Source of the DNA: Gammaproteobacteria bacterium
Lineage (GTDB): Bacteria; Pseudomonadota; Gammaproteobacteria; SpSt-1174
Length of the DNA: 44,973 bases
Assembly (NCBI GenBank): GCA_033839185.1
Contig: JAJLKJ010000026.1
Span: 1-44,973 of the forward strand
Reading direction: 5' to 3'
Under the pieces are notes generated by a model. That model was not told the DNA's origin, made no database searches, and saw nothing but the letters and a program-made list of their open reading frames with translations. Of this stretch, positions 23,291 to 34,457 are shown one piece after another (the stretch's first letter is position 1; every line of letters starts with the position of its first letter). The position numbers and the translations under genes were made by a program.

Positions 23291-23900
23291 TTTTTACCTC
23301 GTCTATGAAGGCAGCCATCTTGACGGCATCCTTGATGCCCGGGGCCTGCTCCACCCCGCTGCTGACGTCCACGCCCCACACCCGGTTCTGGTGCAATGCC
23401 TGGGCGACGTTGTCGGCGTTGAGCCCGCCGGCCAGTATCACCGGACGCGGCAGTGTGGGCGGGATCACCCGCCAGTCGAAGGTCTCGCCGGTGCCGCCGG
23501 CCGCGCCCGGGGCGTGGCTGTCGAGCAGAAAGCCCGCGGCATCCGGATAGGTATTCATGTAACCGGCCACGTCGATGGCCCCGCCCATGGGCACGGCCTT
23601 GAGATAGGGCCGCCCGTAGATGCCGCAGTCGGCCGGGCACTCGTCGCCATGGAACTGCAGCACATCCAGGGCCACCTCGGCCAGCGTCTCGCGCACCACC
23701 TCGGCACGCGCATCCAGGAACAACCCCACCGTGGTGACGAAGGGCGGCAAGGCCGCCGCAATCGCCTGCGCCGCAGCCGGCTCGATGTAGCGCGGGCTCT
23801 TCGGGTAGAAGACAAAGCCCAGTGCATCGGCGCCGAGTTCGGCCGCGCAGAGGGCGTCTTCCAGACGCGTGATGCCGCAGATCTTGATGCGGGTTCGCAT
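23274..23900 (-). CDS. trpF: Phosphoribosylanthranilate isomerase
   Basis: [28 protein letters not shown]. Confidence 0.97.
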
Positions 23901-23986
23901 GGCCTCGCCATGGGTTTTCAATGGACCGCCTAGCCTACCAGAAATCGCGGGGCCGGACGACGCAAACCACGCCCCTGGCGGGGTCT

Positions 23987-24766
23987 TCAGCCGAACACCG
24001 GCGGGGCCGGCGGGGGCGGCAGATCGACGTGTGCATCGTAGTAGGCGGTGACGAAATACAGGCCCTGCGCCGGCGCCGTCACCCCGCCCAGGGTGCGGTC
24101 ACGCACCGCCAGCAGCTCCTCCGCCCACTCCACCGGGCGCTCGCCCTGGCCGATGGCCATCAGCACCCCGGCGATGTTGCGCACCATGTGATGCAGAAAG
24201 CCGTTGGCATGCACATCCAGGTAGAGAAAGTCGCCGGAACGGGTGACCCTGAGTTCGTAGAGCTCGCGCACCGGGTGCTTCGCCTGGCAGCCCAGCGCCC
24301 GGTAGGAGGAGAAGTCGTGCTCGCCGAGCAGGGCCTGACCGGCCTCGTGCATGCGCGCCTCGTCCAGACGGTGATAGTGCCAGGTCACGCGCCGCTGGTG
24401 CAGGGCCGGACGCACCCAGCGGTTGTCGATGACATAGCGATAGCGGCGCGAGCGGGCGGAGAAGCGGGCATGAAAGTCGTCGGCGACCGGCTGGGCCCAG
24501 CGGATGCCGATGTCGTCCGGCAGGTTGCAGTTCGTCCCCAGCACCCAGGCGCGCATGCTGCGATCGGCATCGCTGTCGAAATGGATGACCTGCCCCAGCG
24601 CATGTACCCCGGCATCGGTGCGCCCGGCGCAGTACACCTCCACGGGGTGATCGGCCACCCGCGAGAGCGCGGCCTCGACCCGCCCCTGCACGGTGTCGCC
24701 ATGCGACTGGCGCTGCCAGCCCATGTATCGGCTGCCGTCGTATTCCACGGCCAGGGCGATCCTCAT
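23987..24766 (-). CDS. truA: tRNA pseudouridine(38-40) synthase
   Basis: MRIALAVEYDGS, AGRTDAGVHA, FHARFSA, FLHHMVR; ATG at 24766. Confidence 0.97.
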   Translation of the reverse strand: MRIALAVEYDGSRYMGWQRQSHGDTVQGRVEAALSRVADHPVEVYCAGRTDAGVHALGQVIHFDSDADRSMRAWVLGTNCNLPDDIGIRWAQPVADDFHARFSARSRRYRYVIDNRWVRPALHQRRVTWHYHRLDEARMHEAGQALLGEHDFSSYRALGCQAKHPVRELYELRVTRSGDFLYLDVHANGFLHHMVRNIAGVLMAIGQGERPVEWAEELLAVRDRTLGGVTAPAQGLYFVTAYYDAHVDLPPPPAPPVFG

Positions 24767-25449
24767 GACAGCGTCCTCGCGGGACCCAGCAACAGCAGAG
24801 CGGCCACGAAGAGCAGCCAGCCGGCCCACTGCCACACCCCGGGCAGGGACGTCAGCTGCAGGTTCACCACGGCACCCTGCTCCGCCTCCGCCCGACCGAG
24901 CGTCTGCGCGACGAGCACGGCGGCCCGGTGGACCAGGCCATCGCGGGCCTCCGGCTGCCCGGAACGCCCCCGTACGCGCCGGGCATGGTCCAGCATGGCC
25001 TCGATACGCTCGAGGGTGAGGACCAGGCGCAGCACGAAACGGTCGACCGGCACCCGCACCCAGGCCAGCGGCCGCAGCAGCCAGTAGAGGCTCGCAGCCA
25101 GCTCGTCGCGCGCGGTCGTCTCCAGCAGCCAGTGCACCGCGGCCACGATCAGCACCAGGCCCGCGATGCGCTCGCCGCCCAGGACCAGGCCCTCGCGGCT
25201 GAACCAGGCGAGACCCGGCCAATCCGCCAGCACCTCGCCCGGCGTCCCCAGGCCGAAGGCCAGCAGGATGGCGAGGAAGAAGTAACGCAGGCGCGCGATC
25301 ATGCGCCACAGCCGCGCCCTGTTGGCGACGGCGGATAGCCCATAGAGACAGGCGAGCAGCAGTGCGGCGACCAGCAAGGCCGGCCAGTCGGCGCGGGCGA
25401 GAAAGACCAGCAGGGCCAGCAGGCCGAGGATACGGATGAGCGGATGCAT
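24763..25449 (-). CDS. CbiQ/EcfT-family membrane protein (stand-alone)
   Basis: Several TM helices, 'RLRYFFLAI', 'ELAASLYWLLRPL...RLVLTL'; stop overlaps the truA ATG. Confidence 0.7.
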   Translation of the reverse strand: MHPLIRILGLLALLVFLARADWPALLVAALLLACLYGLSAVANRARLWRMIARLRYFFLAILLAFGLGTPGEVLADWPGLAWFSREGLVLGGERIAGLVLIVAAVHWLLETTARDELAASLYWLLRPLAWVRVPVDRFVLRLVLTLERIEAMLDHARRVRGRSGQPEARDGLVHRAAVLVAQTLGRAEAEQGAVVNLQLTSLPGVWQWAGWLLFVAALLLLGPARTLS

Positions 25450-25480
25450 GGGCGGCGATGGTACCCCGTTTGGCGCGCAC

Positions 25481-25510
25481 AAAAAAAGCCGGGGCCACCA
25501 GGGCCCCGGC
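25481..25510 (-). terminator. Intrinsic terminator after fimV
   Basis: GCCGGGGCC/GGCCCCGGC stem followed by U7. Confidence 0.85.
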
Positions 25511-25538
25511 CTTCGTTCGCACGCGGTGCGTCGGCAGA

Positions 25539-28500
25539 TCAGGCGATCTGGTTCAGCAACTCCTGCGCCTCCTGCTTCTGCGCTGCGTTGCCCTCGGTCA
25601 TGACCTCTTCCAGGGTGCTGCGGGCACCCTCGTCATCACCCATGTCGATATAGGCCTTGGCAAGATCGAGCTTGGTGCCGACTTCATCGCCACCGGAGAT
25701 GAGGTCGCTTTCCTCCTCCTCGTCCCCGAAGCCCAGGCCCTCGCTCTCGGTCTCGGCGGTGGCCGCCTCGTCCAGACCGAAGTCCAGATCGCCGACATCC
25801 AGCTCCACCGTCTCGTCCACACCCGCGGTCGCCGGCTCTTCCATGGCCTCTTCGCCGCCCAGGTCGAAGTCGCTGGTATCGAGTTCGAAACCGACGTCCA
25901 GTGCGTCGTCGGTGGCCTCGGTGTCGGGCTTGTTTTCCGTCTCGGCCTCGCCGCCACCCAGGTCGAATTCGCCGAGATCGAACTCCAGCTCGCCGGTCTC
26001 CTCGGCCAGCGAGGGGGACTCGCCGGTGGCCTCCGTATCGGCCGTGGCGCTCTCGCCCAGGTCGAGATCGGCACCGAAATCGCCGAGATCCAGGGCATCT
26101 GCCTCGTCCGCCTCCGCGACGTCCGACATGTCCATGCTCATGGTCTCGTCGGCACCGGCAAAGCCCAGGGACGCCTCTTCCTGGTTCGGCTCCGGCTCGC
26201 CCAGGTCGAAGTCACCCAGGTCGAGATCACCACCCAGATCCAGGGCATCGTCCTGCGGGGCAGAGAACGACTCGTCGAGATCGGCACCAAGGTCGATATC
26301 CGCGGTGGCCGGTTTCTCGCGTTCGAAATCGGCCGCCGAGAAGCCGCCGGTATCGGTTCCCGTAAACAGGGGGTTATCGCTCTTGAGCTCCTTGCCCATG
26401 GCCGCCACACGGGCCCACATCGGGCTCGACTCGTCGCCCAGTGCCTCGTGCAGGCCACGGGCGGCCTCCTCGAAACCGGCGACGTTGCGTGCGGCAAAGT
26501 GGGTCTCGGCCAGCTTGAGCTGGTAAACCGGCTTGCCCGGGTTATCCGCGATGGCCGTCTTCAGCAGATCCTCTGCCTGCTGGTAGAGGCCATAGGCGAT
26601 GTACACATCGGCCTCTTCCGTGGTCTCGTCGGTCTCGATGTCGCCGGCCTCGCCAGCCGCCGCAGGCGCTGCGGAGCTGATGGCCTGGGTGGATTCCAGG
26701 TCCACGGGTGCAGGGGCCTCGGCCTCGAGGTCGAAATCCATCTCCGCTGCCGGTTCAGCTGCAGCACTGGCCGTCGACTCGACCCTCGGTGTCGGCTCGG
26801 CCGCTTCACTCGCCAGCGGGGCCGCCGCGGCGGCTGCGGCTGGAGCTACCGCCTCAGCCGCCTTGGACTTTTTTCCCTTCTTCTCCTTCTTTTCCTTGGG
26901 CTTCTTCTCCGCCTTCGGCTTGTCACCGCCCTTGCCACGGCGCAGCAGCAGCGCGACCAGGGCCAGGATCAGCAGGCCGCCGAAGCCCGCGGCCATCAAC
27001 ATGTTCGGGTTGGCCAGCAGGTCATCGAGGAAGCTCGGTGCCGGCGCCGGCTGGGGCGGCGTCACCTTGGGCTCCGGCACCGGGGCCGGGGCGGTCTCGG
27101 TATCCATGGGCGCTTCAGCCATCGGCGCCTCGGCCGGGGCAGGCTCGACGGGCTCCGGCGCGGCGACCTCGGCATCGGCCGGCTGCGCAGGTTCCTCGGC
27201 AGCGGGCGCGGCCTCCGGCATCGGCTCGGGGGCAGGCTCCTGGGCCGGTTCGGCCATCGGCGCTTCCTCCGCTGCCGGGGCGGCTGGCACCTCGCTCCCG
27301 ACCCGGGCCTGCAGGTTCTGCAGCTCTTCGTCCTTCAGTTCGATCAGGCGGTCCTTGCGGGCCAGGGTCTCTTCCAGTTCCTGGACCCGGGACTGGAGTT
27401 CCTGGGTCTCCATGCGGCGGGATTCGGTCTGCTCGCGCAGCATGGCGAGCTCGCGCTGCAGGCTGGCGGTGTCCTCGCCATCGCCGACCACCTGTCCACC
27501 CTCGGTACCGCGTTGCTCCTCGGTGCCGACCAGTTCCAGACGGCCCTCGGCGGCTTCGGCCGGCGCCTCGCTCACGGCCACGCCGTCCTCGGCCGGCACC
27601 GGCTCTCCGGCCGGCATGCTGGCCACGCCCTGGGGCACGGCCTGGCCGGCGACCTGGGCGCGGTATTCACGCCACAGGGCATTCTGCTCGCTCACCTCGG
27701 CCATGGCCTGGGCACGGCTCAGCGACTGGATCTCCTCGCGGGACGGCACGCGCAGGACATAGCCGCTCTTGAGGTTGTTGATGTTGTCGTTGTAGAAGGC
27801 CTCGGGATTGGCGCGCAGCAGGGCCATCATCATCTGCGGCATGGAGATGCTGTCGTCGGGACGGACCTGCTGGGCGATCTGCGACAGGGTGTCGCCGCGC
27901 TGGGTGCGCAGTTCCTCGGCACGGGCCGCCGCCACGTCGATCGGGATGCGCGGGAAGAGTTCGAATTCCTCCGGTGCGGTGGCGACCGGTTCGGCGTCGC
28001 CATAGCTGTAGGTCTCGCGTGGGGCCGGCAGGATCACGCTGTCACCCCCGGCGCGCGGGGCCGGTTCGGTGCGGGACACGGGGGCCGGCGGCGGGGGTTC
28101 GTAGGCCGGGACCGGCGCAGGCGCGGGCTCTACGGGGGCAGGCGCCGGCTCGGGTGCGGTCGCCTCGGCCATGGGTGCCGGAACCGGGGCCGGCGCCGGC
28201 GCAGGAGCCGGAGCCCGCGTCACCGGCGGCACCGGCACGGCGGCCGGTTCGGGGGCGACCTCCGGGGCGGCGGCCGCGGCGGCCCGCCGCTCCTCGAAGA
28301 AGACCGGCGGGTCGAGCAGGATGGTGTACTCCCGCAGCAACCGGCCACGGGGCCAGCGGATCTCGACCAGGAAGTTGAGGAAGGGCTCACGGATGGGCTG
28401 GGCGGTGGTGACCCGGATCACGGGCTCGCCGTTGGCGTTCATCACCGGCTCGAACTGGAGTTCCCGCAGCAGGTAGGGACGATCGATGCCGACCCGTTCG

Positions 28501-28691
28501 AAGACCTCGGCCGAGGCCAGTTCGACACGCAACGTCGCCAGGTCACTCTCGCTCGCCGACACCAGGTCGATCTCGGCCTTGAGCGGCTGATGCAGTGCCG
28601 AGTCGACTTCGATCTCCCCCAGTCCCAGGGCGTGGGAAATTGCCGGAATCAGGGTTCCCAGCAGGGCTAAGCCCAAGGCCAATCTACGCAC
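25539..28691 (-). CDS. fimV: FimV/HubP polar landmark protein
   Basis: ALGLGEIEVDSAL, REYTILLDPP, LysM-like GDTLSQIA, coiled coil, TM, acidic cytoplasmic region, C-terminal TKLDLAKAYIDMGDDEGAR. Confidence 0.93.
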   Translation of the reverse strand: MRRLALGLALLGTLIPAISHALGLGEIEVDSALHQPLKAEIDLVSASESDLATLRVELASAEVFERVGIDRPYLLRELQFEPVMNANGEPVIRVTTAQPIREPFLNFLVEIRWPRGRLLREYTILLDPPVFFEERRAAAAAAPEVAPEPAAVPVPPVTRAPAPAPAPAPVPAPMAEATAPEPAPAPVEPAPAPVPAYEPPPPAPVSRTEPAPRAGGDSVILPAPRETYSYGDAEPVATAPEEFELFPRIPIDVAAARAEELRTQRGDTLSQIAQQVRPDDSISMPQMMMALLRANPEAFYNDNINNLKSGYVLRVPSREEIQSLSRAQAMAEVSEQNALWREYRAQVAGQAVPQGVASMPAGEPVPAEDGVAVSEAPAEAAEGRLELVGTEEQRGTEGGQVVGDGEDTASLQRELAMLREQTESRRMETQELQSRVQELEETLARKDRLIELKDEELQNLQARVGSEVPAAPAAEEAPMAEPAQEPAPEPMPEAAPAAEEPAQPADAEVAAPEPVEPAPAEAPMAEAPMDTETAPAPVPEPKVTPPQPAPAPSFLDDLLANPNMLMAAGFGGLLILALVALLLRRGKGGDKPKAEKKPKEKKEKKGKKSKAAEAVAPAAAAAAAPLASEAAEPTPRVESTASAAAEPAAEMDFDLEAEAPAPVDLESTQAISSAAPAAAGEAGDIETDETTEEADVYIAYGLYQQAEDLLKTAIADNPGKPVYQLKLAETHFAARNVAGFEEAARGLHEALGDESSPMWARVAAMGKELKSDNPLFTGTDTGGFSAADFEREKPATADIDLGADLDESFSAPQDDALDLGGDLDLGDFDLGEPEPNQEEASLGFAGADETMSMDMSDVAEADEADALDLGDFGADLDLGESATADTEATGESPSLAEETGELEFDLGEFDLGGGEAETENKPDTEATDDALDVGFELDTSDFDLGGEEAMEEPATAGVDETVELDVGDLDFGLDEAATAETESEGLGFGDEEEESDLISGGDEVGTKLDLAKAYIDMGDDEGARSTLEEVMTEGNAAQKQEAQELLNQIA

Positions 28692-28833
28692 TTGTTATTC
28701 CCCTCATTATGACGTTCATGCCGGCCATGCACCCCAGCCTCCCTTAAATTCTTCTCCAACACCAGGGCCCTGACAGCAACTCCCGAGAGTTTACTTTAAG
28801 CAAGCCACTCGAAATAAGTGCTGTAACTATAGA

Positions 28834-29859
<1,026 letters not shown>

Positions 29860-29913
29860 GAGTATCTATCCCAGTCTGTATTCGGTGAATGGAGGCCGCG
29901 CCCGGGGCGCGGC

Positions 29914-30993
<1,080 letters not shown>

Positions 30994-31052
30994 GATCTAG
31001 TGCCTCTGTATCTTTTATGTGTCAGTCGTGATGCGCCACAGGCATCGTGTGT

Positions 31053-31703
31053 TCAGGACGCGGTCTCGCGGAACAGCCAGGGCGCCTCGGCCCGGCGTTT
31101 TTCCTCGTAGGCGCGAATCGCGTCGGCGTGCTGCAGGGTCAGCGCGATGTCGTCCAGTCCGTTCAGCAGGCAGTGCTTGCGGAAGGGATCGACCTCGAAG
31201 CCGAAGGCCTCGCCCGCGGGCGTGGTCACCGTCTGTGCCGCCAGGTCGATGACCAGGCGGTAGCCCTCGGTCGCCTCCGTCTCGCGGAACAGCTGGTCGA
31301 CCACCACCTCGTCGAGCTGGATCGGCAGCAGCCCGTTCTTGAAGCTGTTGTTGAAGAAGATGTCGGCGAAGCTCGGCGCGATCACGGCGCGAAAGCCGTA
31401 GTCGGTCAGCGCCCACACCGCGTGTTCGCGCGAGGAGCCGCAGCCGAAGTTCTTGCGCGCCAGCAGGATCTCGGCGCCCTGGTAGCGCGGCTGGTTGAGC
31501 ACGAAGTCGGGATTCGGCCGGCGCTGGCTCATGTCCATGCCGGGCTCGCCCGGATCGAGGTAGCGCCAGTCGTCGAAGGCATTGGGGCCAAAGCCCGTGC
31601 GCTTGACCGACTTGAGGTACTGCTTGGGGATGATGGCATCGGTGTCCACGTTGGAACGATCCAGCGGGGCCACGAGCCCATCCACGACGGTAAATGCCTG
31701 CAT
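31053..31703 (-). CDS. leuD: 3-isopropylmalate dehydratase small subunit
   Basis: [24 protein letters not shown]. Confidence 0.98.
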   Translation of the reverse strand: MQAFTVVDGLVAPLDRSNVDTDAIIPKQYLKSVKRTGFGPNAFDDWRYLDPGEPGMDMSQRRPNPDFVLNQPRYQGAEILLARKNFGCGSSREHAVWALTDYGFRAVIAPSFADIFFNNSFKNGLLPIQLDEVVVDQLFRETEATEGYRLVIDLAAQTVTTPAGEAFGFEVDPFRKHCLLNGLDDIALTLQHADAIRAYEEKRRAEAPWLFRETAS

Positions 31704-31707
31704 GATC

Positions 31708-31845
31708 TTAGTCTCTGTTCTCGCTGCTCTTCTGCATGCTCTCGCCCAGGTTCTCGATGTCCTTGCCCAGGCCCTTCATGGTCTCGCAGCCGCTCAGTGC
31801 CACCAGGGCCATCACCAGCAATGCCATTGCCACGACTCGCTTCAT
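31708..31845 (-). CDS. Entericidin A/B family lipoprotein (45 aa; not in the ORF track)
   Basis: [45 protein letters not shown]; lipobox LSGC, CxTxxGxGxDI motif, AGGAG RBS. Confidence 0.88.
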   Translation of the reverse strand: MKRVVAMALLVMALVALSGCETMKGLGKDIENLGESMQKSSENRD

Positions 31846-31861
31846 CACGATTACTCCTGTC

Positions 31862-33286
31862 TCAGGAAACCAGTTCACGCACATCGACGAAATGACCGGC
31901 CACTGCCGCGGCCGCGGCCATCGCGGGGCTCACCAGGTGGGTGCGCCCGCCCTGCCCCTGGCGACCCTCGAAGTTGCGATTCGAGGTCGAGGCGCAGCGC
32001 TCGCCCGGCTCGAGCCGGTCGGCGTTCATGGCCAGGCACATGGAACAGCCGGGCTCGCGCCACTCGAAGCCCGCATCGAGGAAGATCCGGTCCAGGCCCT
32101 CTTTCTCGGCCTGGGCCTTCACCAGGCCCGAGCCCGGGACGACCATGGCCAGCTTGACGTTGCCGGCCACCTTGCGGCCGCGGGCCACGGCGGCGGCGGC
32201 GCGCAGGTCCTCGATGCGCGAGTTGGTGCAGGAGCCGATAAATACGCGGTCCAGCTTGATCTCGGTGATCGGCTGGTTGGCGGAGAGGCCCATGTACTTG
32301 AGGGCGCGGACGATGGAATCGCGCTTGACCGGGTCGGCCTCGGCCGCCGGGTCCGGTACCTTCTCATCCACGGCCAGGACCATTTCCGGCGAAGTGCCCC
32401 AGGACACCTGCGGCTTGATGTCTTCGGCCTTCAGTTCGACCACCGTATCGAAATGCGCATCGGCGTCGGACACCAGGGTCTGCCACTGGGCCACGGCCTT
32501 GTCCCAGTCGGCGCCCTTGGGTGCGAAGGGGCGACCCTCGACATAGGCGATGGTCTTCTCGTCCACCGCCACCAGGCCGACGCGGGCACCGGCCTCGATG
32601 GCCATGTTGCAGATGGTCATGCGACCTTCCATGGACAGCTCGCGGATGGCGCTGCCGGCGAACTCCAGGGCGTGGCCGTTGCCACCGGCGGTGCCGATCT
32701 TGCCGATCACGGCGAGGACGATGTCCTTGGCGGTGACACCGAAGGGCAGCTGGCCTTCGACACGCACCTGCATGTTCTTCATCTTCTTGGCCACCAGGCA
32801 CTGGGTGGCGAGCACATGCTCGACCTCGGAAGTACCGATGCCATGGGCCAGGGCGCCGAAGGCGCCGTGGGTGGAGGTGTGCGAGTCGCCGCAGACCACG
32901 GTCATGCCCGGCAGGGTGGCGCCCTGCTCCGGGCCGACCACGTGGACGATGCCCTGGCGGCTGTCGTTCATCTTGAACTCGAGGATGCCGAAGTCGTCGC
33001 AGTTCTCGTCCAGGGTCTGCACCTGGATGCGCGACACTTCGTCGACGATGGCCTCCAGGCCGCCCTGGCGCTCGGCGCGGGTGGTCGGCACGTTGTGATC
33101 CGGAGTGGCGATATTGGCGTCCACGCGCCACGGCTTGCGCCCGGCCAGACGCAGGCCCTCGAAGGCCTGCGGCGAGGTCACTTCGTGGAGGATCTGCCGG
33201 TCGATGTAGATCAGCGACGAACCGTCGTCGCGGCGCTTCACCTCGTGCATGTCCCAGAGCTTGTCGTAGAGCGTCTTGCCGGCCAT
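31862..33286 (-). CDS. leuC: 3-isopropylmalate dehydratase large subunit (apparently chimeric)
   Basis: [42 protein letters not shown]. Confidence 0.98.
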   Translation of the reverse strand: MAGKTLYDKLWDMHEVKRRDDGSSLIYIDRQILHEVTSPQAFEGLRLAGRKPWRVDANIATPDHNVPTTRAERQGGLEAIVDEVSRIQVQTLDENCDDFGILEFKMNDSRQGIVHVVGPEQGATLPGMTVVCGDSHTSTHGAFGALAHGIGTSEVEHVLATQCLVAKKMKNMQVRVEGQLPFGVTAKDIVLAVIGKIGTAGGNGHALEFAGSAIRELSMEGRMTICNMAIEAGARVGLVAVDEKTIAYVEGRPFAPKGADWDKAVAQWQTLVSDADAHFDTVVELKAEDIKPQVSWGTSPEMVLAVDEKVPDPAAEADPVKRDSIVRALKYMGLSANQPITEIKLDRVFIGSCTNSRIEDLRAAAAVARGRKVAGNVKLAMVVPGSGLVKAQAEKEGLDRIFLDAGFEWREPGCSMCLAMNADRLEPGERCASTSNRNFEGRQGQGGRTHLVSPAMAAAAAVAGHFVDVRELVS

Positions 33287-33400
33287 TTGCTTATGTCCTC
33301 GATCAGGTCATGTGCGGAGCGAGGGCTGATAACCCTTCTGCTGATGGGGCGATCCTAGGGATTCGGCTCGAATAACTCCAATTCATATTTTTTATTCCAA

Positions 33401-33419
33401 GCATTCCTGAGCGGAATGC
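33401..33419. promoter_or_regulatory. LysR recognition site (T-N11-A dyad)
   Basis: GCATTCC-TGAGC-GGAATGC in the divergent leuC/LysR promoter; T33404-N11-A33416. Confidence 0.65.
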
Positions 33420-33464
33420 AATGCGCTATAAGACCGACAATCACCGAGCCGAACGCAGACACCT

Positions 33465-34343
33465 ATGGACCTGGCCAACCTCAACGCCTTCATCGCCATC
33501 GCCGAGGCCGGCAGCTTCTCTGAGGCGGCCGAGCGCCTGCACCTGACCCAACCGGCGGTGAGCAAGCGCATCGCCGGCCTGGAACAGCAGCTCGACGTGC
33601 GCCTGTTCGACCGCCTGGGCCGCGAGGTGAACCTGACCGAGGCCGGCCGCGCCCTGCTGCCGCGGGCCTACCAGATCCTCAATGTGCTGGACGACACCCG
33701 CCGCGCCCTGACCAATCTCAATGGCGAAGTCAGCGGCCGCCTGACCCTGGCCACCAGCCACCATATCGGCCTGCACCGCCTGCCGCCGCTGCTGCGGGCC
33801 TTCACCCGCCAGCATCCGCAGGTGGCGCTGGACATCCAGTTCCTCGACTCGGAGGTGGCCTACGAGGAGATCCTGCATGGCCGCGCCGAACTGGCGGTGA
33901 TCACCCTGGCCCCGGAGACGCGCGAGCCGGTGCACGCGGTGCCGGTGTGGGACGACCCGCTGGACTTCGTCGCCGCCCCCGAGCATCCGCTGGCGCGCAA
34001 CGGCGCGGTGACCCTGGCCGACGTGGCGCTGCACCCGGCGGTGTTCCCCGGCGGCAACACCTTCACCCACCACATCGTCAACAACCTGTTCGCCGCCCAG
34101 GGGCTGACGCCCAACATCGGCATGAGCACCAACTACCTGGAGACGATCAAGATGATGGTCTCCATCGGCCTGGCCTGGAGCGTGCTGCCACGCACCATGC
34201 TCGACGACCAGGTGATGCGCCTGCCACTGCCGGGCATCCAGCTGCAGCGGCGCCTCGGCTACATCCTGCACAGGGAACGAACCCTGTCCAACGCGGCCAA
34301 AGCCTTCATGGCCCTGCTCGACCAGCAACGCCGCTTGCCTTGA
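33465..34343 (+). CDS. LysR-family transcriptional regulator divergent from leuC
   Basis: SFSEAAERLHLTQPAVSKRI HTH, LTEAG, LysR substrate domain. Confidence 0.96.
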   Translation: MDLANLNAFIAIAEAGSFSEAAERLHLTQPAVSKRIAGLEQQLDVRLFDRLGREVNLTEAGRALLPRAYQILNVLDDTRRALTNLNGEVSGRLTLATSHHIGLHRLPPLLRAFTRQHPQVALDIQFLDSEVAYEEILHGRAELAVITLAPETREPVHAVPVWDDPLDFVAAPEHPLARNGAVTLADVALHPAVFPGGNTFTHHIVNNLFAAQGLTPNIGMSTNYLETIKMMVSIGLAWSVLPRTMLDDQVMRLPLPGIQLQRRLGYILHRERTLSNAAKAFMALLDQQRRLP

Positions 34344-34457
34344 CAGCAAAACTGCGGCTAACGTGAGGACACAACGATAAAAAAGACGCCTGCATGCCGC
34401 TACAGCGCCCCTTCCCACCAGGTGGCGAGGCCGTGCCGAGCGCCGGACGAGAACGCG

